DNA of 64,000 bases. Origin: Alphaproteobacteria bacterium. GTDB lineage: Bacteria; Pseudomonadota; Alphaproteobacteria; GCA-2731375. Within the stretch, counting starts at the first letter, position 1; every line of letters begins with the position of its first letter. Location: NCBI GenBank assembly GCA_965232515.1, contig CBDDPY010000002.1, positions 6,304,001-6,368,000 on the forward strand. Direction: 5' to 3'. The translations under genes were made by a program, and so were the position numbers. This document shows positions 53,697 through 64,000 of this stretch, piece by piece. A model generated the notes under the pieces. The model saw only the letters and a program-made list of their open reading frames with translations. It had not been told where the DNA came from and did not search any database.

Positions 53697-54518
53697 TTAG
53701 CGCCGGGCCGTCCAGCGCGCGCCGCCGAGGCGGCCCGTTTCGATGGCTTCGACAAAGAAAATGTAGGCGTCCACGTAGGCGGCGTGCCGTTCGGGTCCGA
53801 ACTGGGCCACGGTGTCTTCGCGCATCGAACGGTACATCTCCAACCGCTCGCGCAGGATACGCCGCCACATCGGCGACAGGTCCTGCATGGCCACGTCCCG
53901 AAAGCCCGCTGCCTCGATGAACCGCCGGTAGCTGCCCGCGTCGTGGATCGCGATGGCGGCGATGCCGTCGGCGAGCCGGGTGCGGTCGCTGTCGCCGAGC
54001 GCGGGCCCAGCAAGCCAGTCGGTGAACGCCAGCTTTCCGCCGGGCCGCAGAACGCGATGGCACTCGGCGAAGAGGGCGGATTTGTTGGCGATGTGCAGGA
54101 ACGCTTCCTGCGCGATCACCGCATCGAAGCTGGTCCCGGGGAGTGGCAGAGCGGTGGCGTCGCCGCGGGCGAACCTGACCCGATCCTGCAGGCCGACCAT
54201 GGCGGAAAGCCGCGTGGCGCCACGCACCCGGCTGTCGTTGAGATCGATCCCGACAACCTCGGCGCCGTACCGTTCGGCCAGAAATCGGGCTGGGCCGCCC
54301 ATGCCGCTGCAAACATCGAGCACCCGGCTGCGCGCCGCGACGCCGGCACCGTCGGCCAGCGCGGCGACGGCATCGAGTCCGCCATAATGGTCCTGATCGA
54401 AGTCGTAGAGGTCGGTCGGGCTCAGGGCGTCGGGGTCTTTCCCGGCCCGCTCGAGCGCGGATCGGATCTGCAATTCGTTGATCGGGTGCTCGTCGTAGAA
54501 GGCAACGACCGGGTCCAT
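53697..54518 (-). CDS. Class I SAM-dependent methyltransferase
   Basis: DQDHYGG, VLDVCSGMGGPAR, GDATALP, RVLRPGG. Confidence 0.9.
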   Translation of the reverse strand: MDPVVAFYDEHPINELQIRSALERAGKDPDALSPTDLYDFDQDHYGGLDAVAALADGAGVAARSRVLDVCSGMGGPARFLAERYGAEVVGIDLNDSRVRGATRLSAMVGLQDRVRFARGDATALPLPGTSFDAVIAQEAFLHIANKSALFAECHRVLRPGGKLAFTDWLAGPALGDSDRTRLADGIAAIAIHDAGSYRRFIEAAGFRDVAMQDLSPMWRRILRERLEMYRSMREDTVAQFGPERHAAYVDAYIFFVEAIETGRLGGARWTARR

Positions 54519-54639
54519 GGCGGCCTCTGATTGGCGTGCAAATTCGGCAATGCGGGTTCAATTCCGGGATGCCGTGAATTCTGTCCCGACCATGCTAGAG
54601 CCGATCCGCGGCGGTCGCGAGTCCATCCCTCTATTTTGA

Positions 54640-54654
54640 GAACATAAAAAGAAC
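54640..54654. promoter_or_regulatory. Alphaproteobacterial LexA (SOS) box
   Basis: GAAC-ATAAAAA-GAAC, an exact GAAC-N7-GAAC with AT-rich spacer, intergenic. Confidence 0.65.
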
Positions 54655-54792
54655 ATAGTTCTGCCGCAATTTGCAACTATGCCGGTTCTTGACCTTTAGC
54701 CGATCACTGCCGACGCGGGTTCGTGATGTCCCTCCGAAGACTTCCGTGGAACACAAATTTGACTTGGATTTGGGGCGTTTAACCATTTGCTT

Positions 54793-54836
54793 ACCATTGA
54801 CGACCATACCATCCCATGCTATCCCATGTTGTCCCA
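54793..54836. promoter_or_regulatory. MraZ-binding direct repeats
   Basis: (T/A)(C)CCA units with CCA at 54794, 54804, 54814, 54824, 54834 (10-bp period; TGGGA on the minus strand) upstream of mraZ. Confidence 0.7.
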
Positions 54837-54916
54837 ACGAAAGCCCTTGTCTGGGCAGGGTCGGGCAATAAAGCGACCCGGGCGGCTGACCGGGCCGACA
54901 CAGACAGAGGTTTCGC

Positions 54917-55393
54917 GTGGCCTTTTTCATTTCGCGGTTCGACAACAAGGTCGACAAGAAGGGTCGGGTGTCGGTGCCTGCCTCTTTCCGCGCGGAGCTG
55001 GCCACGCAGCCGTTCGCCGGGATTGTCGCCTTTCCGTCGCCCGTGCTGAACGCGATCGAGGCCTGCGGCATGGATCGGCTGAAGGAAATGGCGGCCCATC
55101 TCGACACGATGAATCCCTATGGCGGCAACCGCAACGCGTTTGCCAATGCCATGTTGACGAAGAGCCATCAGCTCACCTTCGACAGTGAGGGGCGCGTCGG
55201 CTTGCCGGAGCGACTGCTGAAGCATGCCGGCATTTCCGCCATGGCGACGTTCGCGGGAACCGGGCCGACATTCCAGATCTGGAATCCAGATACCTACGAG
55301 GAGTTCGAGCGGGAGGCCGAGGCCCAGGCCAGCGAGATGGCGGCGCGCGGCGAGCTGCCCTGGTACAAACCAGTGGGCGACGCGGCGCAATGA
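54917..55393 (+). CDS. mraZ: Division/cell wall cluster repressor MraZ
   Basis: [10 protein letters not shown] and DSEGRV AbrB-like motifs, FQIWNP. Confidence 0.95.
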   Translation: MAFFISRFDNKVDKKGRVSVPASFRAELATQPFAGIVAFPSPVLNAIEACGMDRLKEMAAHLDTMNPYGGNRNAFANAMLTKSHQLTFDSEGRVGLPERLLKHAGISAMATFAGTGPTFQIWNPDTYEEFEREAEAQASEMAARGELPWYKPVGDAAQ

Positions 55394-56364
55394 CCGATGA
55401 TCGGCACATCCCGGTGATGGTCGACGATGTCGTCGAGGCGCTGGCGCCTGCCGGTGGCGAGGACGTCGTCGACGGCACCTACGGCGCCGGCGGCTACAGC
55501 CGTCGTCTGTTGCAGGCCGCGGATTGTCGCGTCTGGGCCATTGACCGCGACCGTCAGGCCATCGATGCCGGTCAGGGCATGGTCGCCGAATTCGCCGGCC
55601 GACTGACCCTGCTGGAAGGCCGGTTCGCCGACATGGACGTTCTGCTCGCCGCCCACGGCGTCGCCCGCGTCGACGGCGTCGCGCTCGACCTCGGGGTATC
55701 GTCGATGCAGTTCGACGATGCCGAGCGTGGTTTCTCGTTGCAGCAGGACGGCCCGCTCGACATGCGGATGGGTCCGTCCGGCCCCACCGCCGCCGACATC
55801 GTCAACGGCATGGACGAGGCGCCGCTCGCCGACCTGATCTACCGATATGGCGAGGAGCGTCGTTCACGGGCCGTCGCCCGCGCAATCGTCAAGGCGCGGC
55901 AGGTCGAGCCGATCGAGCGCACGCTGCAGCTCGCCGAGATCGTCGCGCGGGTGGTGCGGGGTGCCGGCAAGCTGCATCCCGCGACGCGCACGTTTCAGGC
56001 GTTGCGGATTTACGTCAACGATGAATTGACCCAGTTGTCCGATGGCTTGGGCGCCGCCGAGAGATTGCTGTCGCCCGAGGGCCGACTCGCCGTGGTCTCG
56101 TTTCATTCGCTTGAGGACCGGACGGTGAAGAGGTTTCTCGACGCGCGCAGCGGCGTGGCGGACCGGGGGTCGCGGCATCTTCCTCCCAATGCCGTCGATC
56201 CCCGGCCGCCGACGTTCCGTCTCCCGAGTCGTCGCGCCCGAAAGCCGCGTGATAGCGAGGTCGAGCGCAATCCACGGGCGCGGTCGGCCCGGTTGCGCGT
56301 CGCCGTCCGCACCGATGCGCCCGCCTGGGCCGATACGCCGACGCCGCAAAGCGAGGCCGTGTGA
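55390..56364 (+). CDS. rsmH: 16S rRNA m4C1402 methyltransferase
   Basis: [45 protein letters not shown]. Confidence 0.97.
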   Translation: MTDDRHIPVMVDDVVEALAPAGGEDVVDGTYGAGGYSRRLLQAADCRVWAIDRDRQAIDAGQGMVAEFAGRLTLLEGRFADMDVLLAAHGVARVDGVALDLGVSSMQFDDAERGFSLQQDGPLDMRMGPSGPTAADIVNGMDEAPLADLIYRYGEERRSRAVARAIVKARQVEPIERTLQLAEIVARVVRGAGKLHPATRTFQALRIYVNDELTQLSDGLGAAERLLSPEGRLAVVSFHSLEDRTVKRFLDARSGVADRGSRHLPPNAVDPRPPTFRLPSRRARKPRDSEVERNPRARSARLRVAVRTDAPAWADTPTPQSEAV

Positions 56365-56759
56365 TGAAGCGCCGTGTCGTCATCGCCGCGCTCGCCGTTG
56401 TTGGCCTTCTGTCGACTGGCCTCTATTTCCTGGAATACGAGGTTAAGCAGATGGAGCGCCAACTGGCCCGGCTCGATGATGGCTTGCGGCAGGACCGCCA
56501 GGCCATCCAGGTGCTGCGGGCGGAGTGGAGCTACCTCACCACGCCCGACAGGCTGCAGAAGCTGGCGGCGAAGCATCGCCGGTCATTGGATCTGTCGCCG
56601 GCGTCGCCGGTGCAGATCGCGGGGCTCGCCGATCTGCCGGTGCGGCCGGAGCCAATCATCGTCGCCCAGTCCGGTGACGGCACGTGGCCGGTGCCGATGG
56701 TGAAGCCGATGTATCTGCGACTGGGGATTGCCGGCCGCGGCACGGGGCGCGCGCAATGA
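56361..56759 (+). CDS. ftsL: Cell division protein FtsL-like
   Basis: TM, coiled coil and [15 protein letters not shown]; between rsmH and ftsI. Confidence 0.85.
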   Translation: MMKRRVVIAALAVVGLLSTGLYFLEYEVKQMERQLARLDDGLRQDRQAIQVLRAEWSYLTTPDRLQKLAAKHRRSLDLSPASPVQIAGLADLPVRPEPIIVAQSGDGTWPVPMVKPMYLRLGIAGRGTGRAQ

Positions 56760-58507
56760 CCGATCGCCACCCGCCGCGCCCGATGTCCGACGTCATGGCC
56801 GTCGACCCGAATGCCGCGCCGACCATCCAGCTGGTCGGCATGCACGAGCAGACCATGCGCATCGGCCGCAGCCGGCTGATCATCATCGGCATGCTGTTCG
56901 CCGCCTGCTTCGCGCTGATCGCCGGCCGCCTGGTCGAACTGTCGGTGCTCGGCGGCGATCGCGGCTCGCGGTTCGACCGACTGGCCACGTCGGGCGCGGC
57001 GCCGAGCGAGCGGGCCGACATCGTCGATCGAAACGGCAAGCTGCTGGCGACCAACCTGCAGACGGCGTCGCTCTATGCAAACGCGCGGGTGGTGCCGGAG
57101 CCCACCGACGTCGTCGACCGGCTGATGCGCGTGCTGCCCGGGCTCAACCGGGCCGAACTGCTCGCCAAGCTCACGTCGCGGAATGGCTTTGTCTGGATCA
57201 AGCGGAACCTGTCGCCGCAGGAGCAGTATGACGTCAACGGCCTCGGCATTCCGGGGCTTGGCTTCCAGCAGGAACAACGGCGGATCTACCCGCACGGCCG
57301 GCTGACATCACACGTGCTCGGCTATACCGATGTCGACAACAACGGTATCGCCGGCATCGAGAACTATTTCGATGCCGAGCTGAAGCGCCGGGCCGCCAGC
57401 GGCGAGCCGATCGAACTCTCGCTCGACCTCCGTGTCCAGCACGCGGTGCGCGACGAACTGCGCCGCGCCATGCGGACGTTCTCGGCCAAAGGCGCCGCCG
57501 GCGTGGTGATGGACGTCAACACCGGCGAAGTGCTGGCCATGGTGTCGCTGCCGGATTTCGATTCCAATCACGCCGGCAGCGTGGTCGGCGACGCGCGGTT
57601 CAATCGGGTTTCGCTCGGAGTCTATGAGCTCGGGTCGGTCTTCAAGATCTTCACCACCGCCATGGCGCTCGATACCGGCACGGTGAATTTCCGCAGCGGC
57701 TATGACGCGACCAAGCCGATCCGCGTTTCCCGCTTCATCATCAACGACGATCATCCGAAGAACCGTTGGCTCTCGGTGCCCGAGATCTTCATGTTCTCGT
57801 CCAACATTGGCGCCGTGAAGATGGCGCTGGATGTCGGCGCCGAGACGCAGCGGGCGTTCATGGACCGGCTTGGCATGTTCCGGCAGCCCGGCATCGAACT
57901 GCCCGAAATCGGCCGGCCGCTGGGGCCCGAGCCGTGGCGCGAGGTCAGCACCATGACCGTCTCGTTCGGCCATGGCTTGGCGGTCAGCCCGCTGCAACTG
58001 ACTGCCGGTGTCAGCGCCATCGTCAATGGCGGGCTCTACCGCCGGCCGACGTTGGTCAAGCAGGACGAGGGGCCGTCGGTGGCGACGCGGGTGATTTCGG
58101 ACCGCACGTCGGAGCGCATGCGCCGCCTGATGCGTCTCGCCGTCACGGCCGGCACCGGTCGGCAGGCCGACGTGCCCTACAGCCTCGTCGGCGGCAAGAC
58201 GGGCACGGCGGAGAAGGCGAAGGGCCGGCGTTACGACCGCCGGGCATTGCTGTCGTCCTTCGTCGCCGCCTTTCCCATGCACGCGCCGCGCTATGTCGTC
58301 TATGTGTTGCTGGACGAGCCACGGGGGACCGCCAAAACGCACGGCTTCGCCAGCGCTGGCTGGACCGCGGCGCCGACGACCAGCCATGTCATCGCGCGCA
58401 TCGGGCCGATCCTGAAGGTGCCGCCGGTCGACCCGGCCGAGCCGGCGATCCGCGAGGCGATGAAGGTCGCCATTCCGGGCCAGGGGGCGAAGTATGCGTC
58501 TTTCTGA
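56756..58507 (+). CDS. ftsI: Penicillin-binding protein 3
   Basis: RADIVDRNG, RIYP, SVFK, SSN, KTGT. Confidence 0.95.
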   Translation: MTDRHPPRPMSDVMAVDPNAAPTIQLVGMHEQTMRIGRSRLIIIGMLFAACFALIAGRLVELSVLGGDRGSRFDRLATSGAAPSERADIVDRNGKLLATNLQTASLYANARVVPEPTDVVDRLMRVLPGLNRAELLAKLTSRNGFVWIKRNLSPQEQYDVNGLGIPGLGFQQEQRRIYPHGRLTSHVLGYTDVDNNGIAGIENYFDAELKRRAASGEPIELSLDLRVQHAVRDELRRAMRTFSAKGAAGVVMDVNTGEVLAMVSLPDFDSNHAGSVVGDARFNRVSLGVYELGSVFKIFTTAMALDTGTVNFRSGYDATKPIRVSRFIINDDHPKNRWLSVPEIFMFSSNIGAVKMALDVGAETQRAFMDRLGMFRQPGIELPEIGRPLGPEPWREVSTMTVSFGHGLAVSPLQLTAGVSAIVNGGLYRRPTLVKQDEGPSVATRVISDRTSERMRRLMRLAVTAGTGRQADVPYSLVGGKTGTAEKAKGRRYDRRALLSSFVAAFPMHAPRYVVYVLLDEPRGTAKTHGFASAGWTAAPTTSHVIARIGPILKVPPVDPAEPAIREAMKVAIPGQGAKYASF

Positions 58508-59951
58508 GCTCACCGAAGGTCGGGTCACGGGCGCGGCGGGCGACGTCGAGATCGCCGGCCTGACCGCCGACAGTCGCGAGGTCGAAGCCGGTTTCCTGTT
58601 TGCCGCCATGCCGGGCACGCGCCTGGACGGCGCCGCGTTCGCGGCCGAGGCCGTGGCCAAGGGCGCGGTTGCGGTGCTGGCGTCGCCGGACGCGAAGCTT
58701 TCGGCGATCGACGTCCCGGTCATCGAGGACGCCGACCCGCGCCGGCGTTTCGCGCTGTTCGCCGCCCGCTTCTTCGGCGCGCAGCCGGCGGTGGTCGCCG
58801 CCATCACCGGCACCAACGGCAAGACATCTGTCGCCGATTTCACCCGTCAGATCTGGGCGCGCCTCGGTTGCCGCGCCGCGAGCCTCGGCACGCTCGGCGT
58901 CATCGGGCCCGACGGCCATCAGCCGCTTGCCCATACCTCGCCCGAACCGGCGCAACTGCATCGCCTGCTGAAGGAGCTGGCAGACGACGGCGTCGACCAT
59001 CTGGCGATCGAGGCATCGAGCCACGGCCTCGACCAGAGCCGGCTTGACGGCCTGCGCGTGACGGCCGCCGCCTTCACCAGCTTCAGCCGCGACCATCTGG
59101 ACTATCACGACACCGCCGAGGACTACCTCGCAGCCAAGCTGCGCTTGTTCGGTGCCGTGATGGATGTCGGCGGCAAAGCCGTGCTGAATGTTGATATCGA
59201 CGAGCACGACGAAATCGTTTCGGTCTGCACGCGGCGCAAGCATGAGATCATTACCTATGGTGCCGCTGATTCGGATCTGCGCCTCCATCGCCGCGTCAGT
59301 CTCGCGAGCGGTCAGCGGCTCGAGCTTGAGGTGTTCGGCATCCGGTCTGAAATCGAACTCCCCCTCGTTGGCGATTTCCAAGCCATGAATGCTTTGTGCG
59401 CGCTTGGGCTGACGATCGCCTGCGGCGCGGATCATGACCGCGCACTTGCCATCCTTTCGCAGCTGAAGGGCGTGCCCGGCCGTCTCGAGCATGTCGCCAA
59501 TCATCCTTCGGGCGCCGCCGCCTATGTGGACTACGCGCACACGCCGGACGCGCTGGAGCGCGCGCTGCAGGCCCTGCGGCCGCACACCGACGGCCGGCTG
59601 ATCGTGGTTTTCGGTTGCGGCGGTGACCGTGATCGCGGCAAGCGGCCGCAGATGGGCGCCATCGCGGCCAGGCTTGCCGACGTGCCGATCGTCACCGACG
59701 ACAATCCGCGCAGCGAGGATCCGGCCGCGATCCGCGCCGAGGTCATGCCGGCCTGTCCCGGCGGCGTCGAAATCGGAGACCGGGCCGAGGCGATCCGGGC
59801 CGGCGTCAGCCGGCTGGCCGCGGGCGATGTGCTGCTGGTCGCCGGCAAGGGCCACGAGCAAGGGCAGATCGTCGGCGACGAGGTGCGGCCGTTCGACGAT
59901 GCGGCAGAGGTTCGGCGCGCGGTTGCCGAGCTGGCGGGAGGGGGTCGATGA
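58494..59951 (+). CDS. murE: UDP-MurNAc-tripeptide synthetase (mDAP-type)
   Basis: TGTNGKTS, EASSH, DHLDYH, DYAHTPD, DNPR, GKGHE. Confidence 0.97.
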   Translation: MRLSELTEGRVTGAAGDVEIAGLTADSREVEAGFLFAAMPGTRLDGAAFAAEAVAKGAVAVLASPDAKLSAIDVPVIEDADPRRRFALFAARFFGAQPAVVAAITGTNGKTSVADFTRQIWARLGCRAASLGTLGVIGPDGHQPLAHTSPEPAQLHRLLKELADDGVDHLAIEASSHGLDQSRLDGLRVTAAAFTSFSRDHLDYHDTAEDYLAAKLRLFGAVMDVGGKAVLNVDIDEHDEIVSVCTRRKHEIITYGAADSDLRLHRRVSLASGQRLELEVFGIRSEIELPLVGDFQAMNALCALGLTIACGADHDRALAILSQLKGVPGRLEHVANHPSGAAAYVDYAHTPDALERALQALRPHTDGRLIVVFGCGGDRDRGKRPQMGAIAARLADVPIVTDDNPRSEDPAAIRAEVMPACPGGVEIGDRAEAIRAGVSRLAAGDVLLVAGKGHEQGQIVGDEVRPFDDAAEVRRAVAELAGGGR

Positions 59952-61372
59952 CGGAACAAAGGCTCTGGACGTCCGAAACCGCGGACAAGGCGACCGGCGG
60001 CAAATCGACCCGAACCTGGCAGTCCGACGGCGTCTCGATCGACAGCCGCACGGTCGAGACCGGTGATCTGTTCATTGCGTTGCAGGGCCCGAACTTCGAC
60101 GGCCACGATTACGCCGCCGCCGCGCTGCGTGCCGGCGCCGCTGCCGCCGTGGTCAGCCGGCGGCCGAACGACGTTAGCGACGACGCAGCACTGTTGGTGG
60201 TCGACGACACCATGACAGCGTTGGAGGGCTTGGGCCGGGCCGGTCGAGCCAGGATTCAGGCCCGCGTCACCGCGATCACCGGCAGCGTCGGCAAAACCGG
60301 CACCAAGGAGGCTCTGAAGCGTGCGCTCGAGGGCCAGGCCGCGACGTACGCCAGCCTGGGCAATCTCAACAATCACTGGGGTGCGCCGCTCAGCCTGGCG
60401 CGGATGCCGTCGGACACGGGCTACGCCATCCTCGAGCTCGGCATGAACCATGCCGGCGAAATAGCGCCGCTGAGCAAGCTCGTCCGGCCACATGTGGCGA
60501 TCATCACTACTGTCGAGGCGGTGCACCTGGAATACTTCAACTCGGTTGCCGAAATCGCGGACGCGAAGTCCGAGATCTTCGTCGGGTTCGAGCCGGACGG
60601 CACCGCGATCATCAATCGCGACAATCCGCACTACGAGCGGATGCGCGCCGCGGCCGAGGCTGCCGGCGCGGCGCGGATCATGACGTTCGGTGTGCATCGC
60701 GAGGCCGATGCGCGGCTGATCAATCTCGTTCAGCACCCGACGTGCAACTGCATCTCCGCCGATATCGACGGGCAGGCCGTGACCTACAAGGTCGGCGCGC
60801 CCGGCCGGCATTGGGCCATGAACAGCCTTGCGGTGCTGACCGCGGTTCGCGCGCTGGACGCCGACCTCGGTCTCGCCGCCCTGGCGCTGGCCGATATGGC
60901 GCCGTCGAAGGGCCGCGGCCGTCGGCATCGCGTCGACATGCCGGCCGGCAGCTTCCACGTGATCGATGAGAGCTACAACGCCAGTCCCGTGGCCATGCGC
61001 GCGGCGCTGGAGCTGCTGGGCGCCGCGGCGCCGGCGGCACGGGGACGGCGCATCGCCGTGCTGGGCGACATGCTGGAATTAGGCGAATCCGCGCCGCAGC
61101 TGCATGCCGAGCTGGCCGAAGACCTGCTGGCGAACCGGGTTGATCTGTTGTTCGCCTGCGGACCGCATATGGCGCATCTCTATGACGCGGTGCCGCGCAA
61201 CCGGCGCGGCGCTTATGCACCGGACGCCGAACAGCTGCTGAACGGCGTGCTTGCCGAGGTGCGGCCGGGCGACGTCGTTATGGTCAAGGGCTCGCTCGGC
61301 AGCCGCATGCAACCGATTGTGCAGGCCTTGCTCGACCGTGGCGAGCGGCCGCAGGTCGCCGTGAACGGTTAG
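59948..61372 (+). CDS. murF: UDP-MurNAc-pentapeptide synthetase
   Basis: TGSVGKT, NNHWG, ELGMNH, DESYNA, GDMLELG, KGS. Confidence 0.97.
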   Translation: MTEQRLWTSETADKATGGKSTRTWQSDGVSIDSRTVETGDLFIALQGPNFDGHDYAAAALRAGAAAAVVSRRPNDVSDDAALLVVDDTMTALEGLGRAGRARIQARVTAITGSVGKTGTKEALKRALEGQAATYASLGNLNNHWGAPLSLARMPSDTGYAILELGMNHAGEIAPLSKLVRPHVAIITTVEAVHLEYFNSVAEIADAKSEIFVGFEPDGTAIINRDNPHYERMRAAAEAAGAARIMTFGVHREADARLINLVQHPTCNCISADIDGQAVTYKVGAPGRHWAMNSLAVLTAVRALDADLGLAALALADMAPSKGRGRRHRVDMPAGSFHVIDESYNASPVAMRAALELLGAAAPAARGRRIAVLGDMLELGESAPQLHAELAEDLLANRVDLLFACGPHMAHLYDAVPRNRRGAYAPDAEQLLNGVLAEVRPGDVVMVKGSLGSRMQPIVQALLDRGERPQVAVNG

Positions 61373-61380
61373 CGCTCGAT

Positions 61381-62469
61381 ATGCTGTTCAACATCTTCAG
61401 CCCGCTCGGCGACGAGATCATCGTCTTCAACCTGTTCCGTTACCTGACGTTCCGGACGGGCGGCGCGATCCTGACCGCCCTGTTGATCAGCTTCATTCTC
61501 GGACCGTCGATCATCCGCTGGCTGAAGAGTAAGCAGGGCAAGGGGCAGCCCATCCGCGACGATGGGCCCGAGCGCCACATCATTGCCAAGCAGGGCACGC
61601 CCACCATGGGCGGGTTTCTGATCCTGCTGGCGCTCAGCGTTGCCACGCTGCTTTGGGCCGATCTGACGAACCGCTATGTCTGGGCCGTCCTGATCGTCAC
61701 CATCGGCTTCGGGTTGATCGGCTTCGCCGACGATTATCTGAAGGTGACGCGGGCGAATACCCGGGGCGTTCCCGGCAAGATCAAGCTGGTGTTCGAAATC
61801 GGCATTGCCGCCGCCGCCGGCTGGTGGGTGATGGATATCCTGCCGCCGGCGATCGCCACGTCGCTCGCCGTGCCGTTCTTCAAGGATCTGCTGATCGACT
61901 TCGGCTGGCTGTTCATCGCCGTCGCGATCCTGGTGATCGTCGGCGCCTCGAATGCCGTCAACCTGACGGACGGCCTCGATGGGCTCGCCATCGGTCCGGT
62001 GATCATCGCGGCCTCGACATTCGCCATGATCACTTATCTTGTCGGCAACGCGGTGTTCGCTAACTACCTGCAGGTCAATTTCGTCCCCGGCGCGGGCGAA
62101 CTCGCGGTCTATTGCGGCGCCTTGATCGGCGCCGGCCTGGGATTCCTTTGGTTCAACGCGCCGCCGGCCATGGTGTTCATGGGCGATACCGGCAGTCTCG
62201 GCATCGGCGGCGGCATTGGCGCCGTCGCCGTCGTCAGCAAACACGAGCTGGTGCTGGCCATCGTCGGCGGCCTGTTCGTGCTGGAGACGGTATCGGTCAT
62301 CGTCCAGGTCGCGTCGTTCAAGATGACCGGCCGACGCGTATTCCGCATGGCGCCGCTACACCATCATTTCGAGCAGAAGGGCTGGGCCGAGCCGACGATC
62401 GTCATCCGGTTCTGGATTATCGCCGTCATCCTGGCCCTGTTCGGCCTGGCGACGTTGAAGTTGAGGTAG
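61381..62469 (+). CDS. mraY: Phospho-MurNAc-pentapeptide transferase
   Basis: [37 protein letters not shown]. Confidence 0.98.
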   Translation: MLFNIFSPLGDEIIVFNLFRYLTFRTGGAILTALLISFILGPSIIRWLKSKQGKGQPIRDDGPERHIIAKQGTPTMGGFLILLALSVATLLWADLTNRYVWAVLIVTIGFGLIGFADDYLKVTRANTRGVPGKIKLVFEIGIAAAAGWWVMDILPPAIATSLAVPFFKDLLIDFGWLFIAVAILVIVGASNAVNLTDGLDGLAIGPVIIAASTFAMITYLVGNAVFANYLQVNFVPGAGELAVYCGALIGAGLGFLWFNAPPAMVFMGDTGSLGIGGGIGAVAVVSKHELVLAIVGGLFVLETVSVIVQVASFKMTGRRVFRMAPLHHHFEQKGWAEPTIVIRFWIIAVILALFGLATLKLR

Positions 62470-62476
62470 CGGCCGC

Positions 62477-63868
62477 GTGATCCCGATCTCCGCATATGCC
62501 GGCAAATCCGTCGCCGTTTTCGGTCTTGGCAAGAGCGGCGCGTCCGCTGCCCGCGCGCTCGCCGCCGGCGACGCCGAGGTGCTGGTCTGGGATGACGATC
62601 CGGCGCGCCGCGCGGCGCTGGAGGGTGAGCGCATTCTGGCCGCCGAACCGTCGGCCAAGACCTGGGCCGATGTCGAAACCGTGGTGCTCAGCCCCGGCGT
62701 GCCGTTGACGCATCCCGAGCCGCACGCGGTTGTTCGTCTGGCTGAAAAGCTCGGCGCGGAAGTGCTGGGCGACATCGAGCTGTTCGCGCGCACGCGCCCG
62801 TCGGGTGCCGTCGTGTCGATCACCGGCACCAACGGCAAGTCGACGACGACGGCGCTGATCGGTCATCTGCTGGCGGCGACTGGCCGTATGGTGCAGGTCG
62901 GCGGCAATCTCGGTACGCCGGTGCTCGACTTCGATCCGCTCGGCGCCAACGGCGTCTACGTGCTGGAGATGTCGTCCTATCAGATCGACCTGACCCGAAG
63001 CTTGCGCCCCAAGGTCGTGGTTCTGCTGAACATCACGGCCGATCACATCGACCGGCACGGCTCGATGGATGGCTATGTCGCGGCCAAGCGCCGCTTGCTG
63101 GAGATGGCGCCGGCGGATGCGGCGCTAGTTATTGGCATCGACGACGCGCCGTGCGCCGGCATCGCCGCCGCCATGCGCGATGCCGGACGTCGGGTCATGG
63201 AGGTCACCATCGGACGGGTGCCGACGATCGGCTATGCCGCCTCGGACGGGACGGTCTTCCGTGATGGCAAGCAGGTGGCCGACCTCAACGGCATCGACAG
63301 CCTGCGCGGCGCGCACAACTGGCAGAACGCGGCCTGCGCCTTCGCCGCCGTGGCCGCGATGGGCGTGCCGGACGCGGAGATCGCCGAGGCGATGCGCAGC
63401 TTCCCGGGGCTGGCGCATCGCATGGAGCCGATCGGCACGGTCGACGGCGTCGCCTTCGTCAACGACAGCAAGGCCACCAATGCCGAAGCGACCGCCAAGG
63501 CGTTGGCGAGCTACGACCATATCTACTGGATCGCCGGCGGCCTGGCCAAGGCGGGCGGCATCGACCCGCTGCGGCCGCTGTTCGACCGCATTTCCAAGGC
63601 TTTTCTGATCGGCGACGCCGCGACGGATTTCGCCGTCACGCTCGACGGCGATGTCGCCAACGAGATCTGCGGCGACCTCCCGACCGCTGTGCGCGCGGCG
63701 CATGCTGCCGCGCTCGGCGACCGTGGCGGCGTGGTGCTGCTCTCGCCGGCCTGCGCGTCCTTCGACCAATTCCCCAACTTCGAAGCGCGCGGCGACGCGT
63801 TCCGGGCGCTGGTCGCAGCTCTCGCCACTGCCGGAAACGGCCCGCAACGTGTGGGAGGCGCGCGCTAG
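62477..63868 (+). CDS. murD: UDP-MurNAc-L-Ala:D-Glu ligase
   Basis: GLGKSG, TGTNGKSTT, GGNLG, EMSSYQ, NDSKATN, SPACASFDQF. Confidence 0.97.
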   Translation: MIPISAYAGKSVAVFGLGKSGASAARALAAGDAEVLVWDDDPARRAALEGERILAAEPSAKTWADVETVVLSPGVPLTHPEPHAVVRLAEKLGAEVLGDIELFARTRPSGAVVSITGTNGKSTTTALIGHLLAATGRMVQVGGNLGTPVLDFDPLGANGVYVLEMSSYQIDLTRSLRPKVVVLLNITADHIDRHGSMDGYVAAKRRLLEMAPADAALVIGIDDAPCAGIAAAMRDAGRRVMEVTIGRVPTIGYAASDGTVFRDGKQVADLNGIDSLRGAHNWQNAACAFAAVAAMGVPDAEIAEAMRSFPGLAHRMEPIGTVDGVAFVNDSKATNAEATAKALASYDHIYWIAGGLAKAGGIDPLRPLFDRISKAFLIGDAATDFAVTLDGDVANEICGDLPTAVRAAHAAALGDRGGVVLLSPACASFDQFPNFEARGDAFRALVAALATAGNGPQRVGGAR

Positions 63869-64000
63869 ATGGCGACGTTGACCCGCATGGACACGAGCGT
63901 TATCGGCCAATGGTGGTGGACGGTCGACCGCTGGACGCTGCTGGCGATTGGCCTGTTGATTGCCATCGGCGGGCTGATGACCCTGGCGGCGAGCCCGGCC
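63869..64000 (+). CDS. ftsW: FtsW (partial, runs off the window)
   Basis: MATLTRMDTSVIGQWWWTVDRW...AASP, the alphaproteobacterial FtsW N-terminus, directly after murD. Confidence 0.88.
   Translation, partial: MATLTRMDTSVIGQWWWTVDRWTLLAIGLLIAIGGLMTLAASPA

Overview
High-GC alphaproteobacterial chromosome segment (Rhodospirillales-like gene order, by inference). Core loci lie at both ends. On the left are yqeY-dnaG-rpoD-tRNA(CAT). On the right are ettA, mlaCA, sahR-metF-metH, oxoprolinase, djlA-amiD-rnpB and the start of the dcw cluster (mraZ to a partial ftsW). Between them is about 32 kb of accessory metabolism and signalling: a TRAP system with an aldolase, GST, enoyl-CoA hydratase, a GcvT/DmdA-like demethylase with BHMT, a fused Ior, and an SSS-transporter/ScfR/CrbS-like kinase/DUF294 locus. 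The main observations are five. (1) A hidden 368-aa AhpD/CMD-like selenoprotein (12076..10970, minus strand) that the ORF track splits at an in-frame TGA. The TGA sits in a CxxU-x3-H motif and is followed by a bacterial SECIS-type hairpin. (2) A ScfR/RamB-family regulator containing a His-less copy of a HisKA (DHp) domain. It is 24/58 identical, without gaps, to the DHp of the adjacent SSS-fused kinase, whose only response regulator here is a receiver with no output domain. (3) An EamA transporter fused to a DEDDh exonuclease. (4) A C45 peptidase frameshifted at a G5 run. (5) A perfect alphaproteobacterial LexA box between a methyltransferase and mraZ. No integrase, transposase or CRISPR array was seen. 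All calls are by eye; no searches were run.
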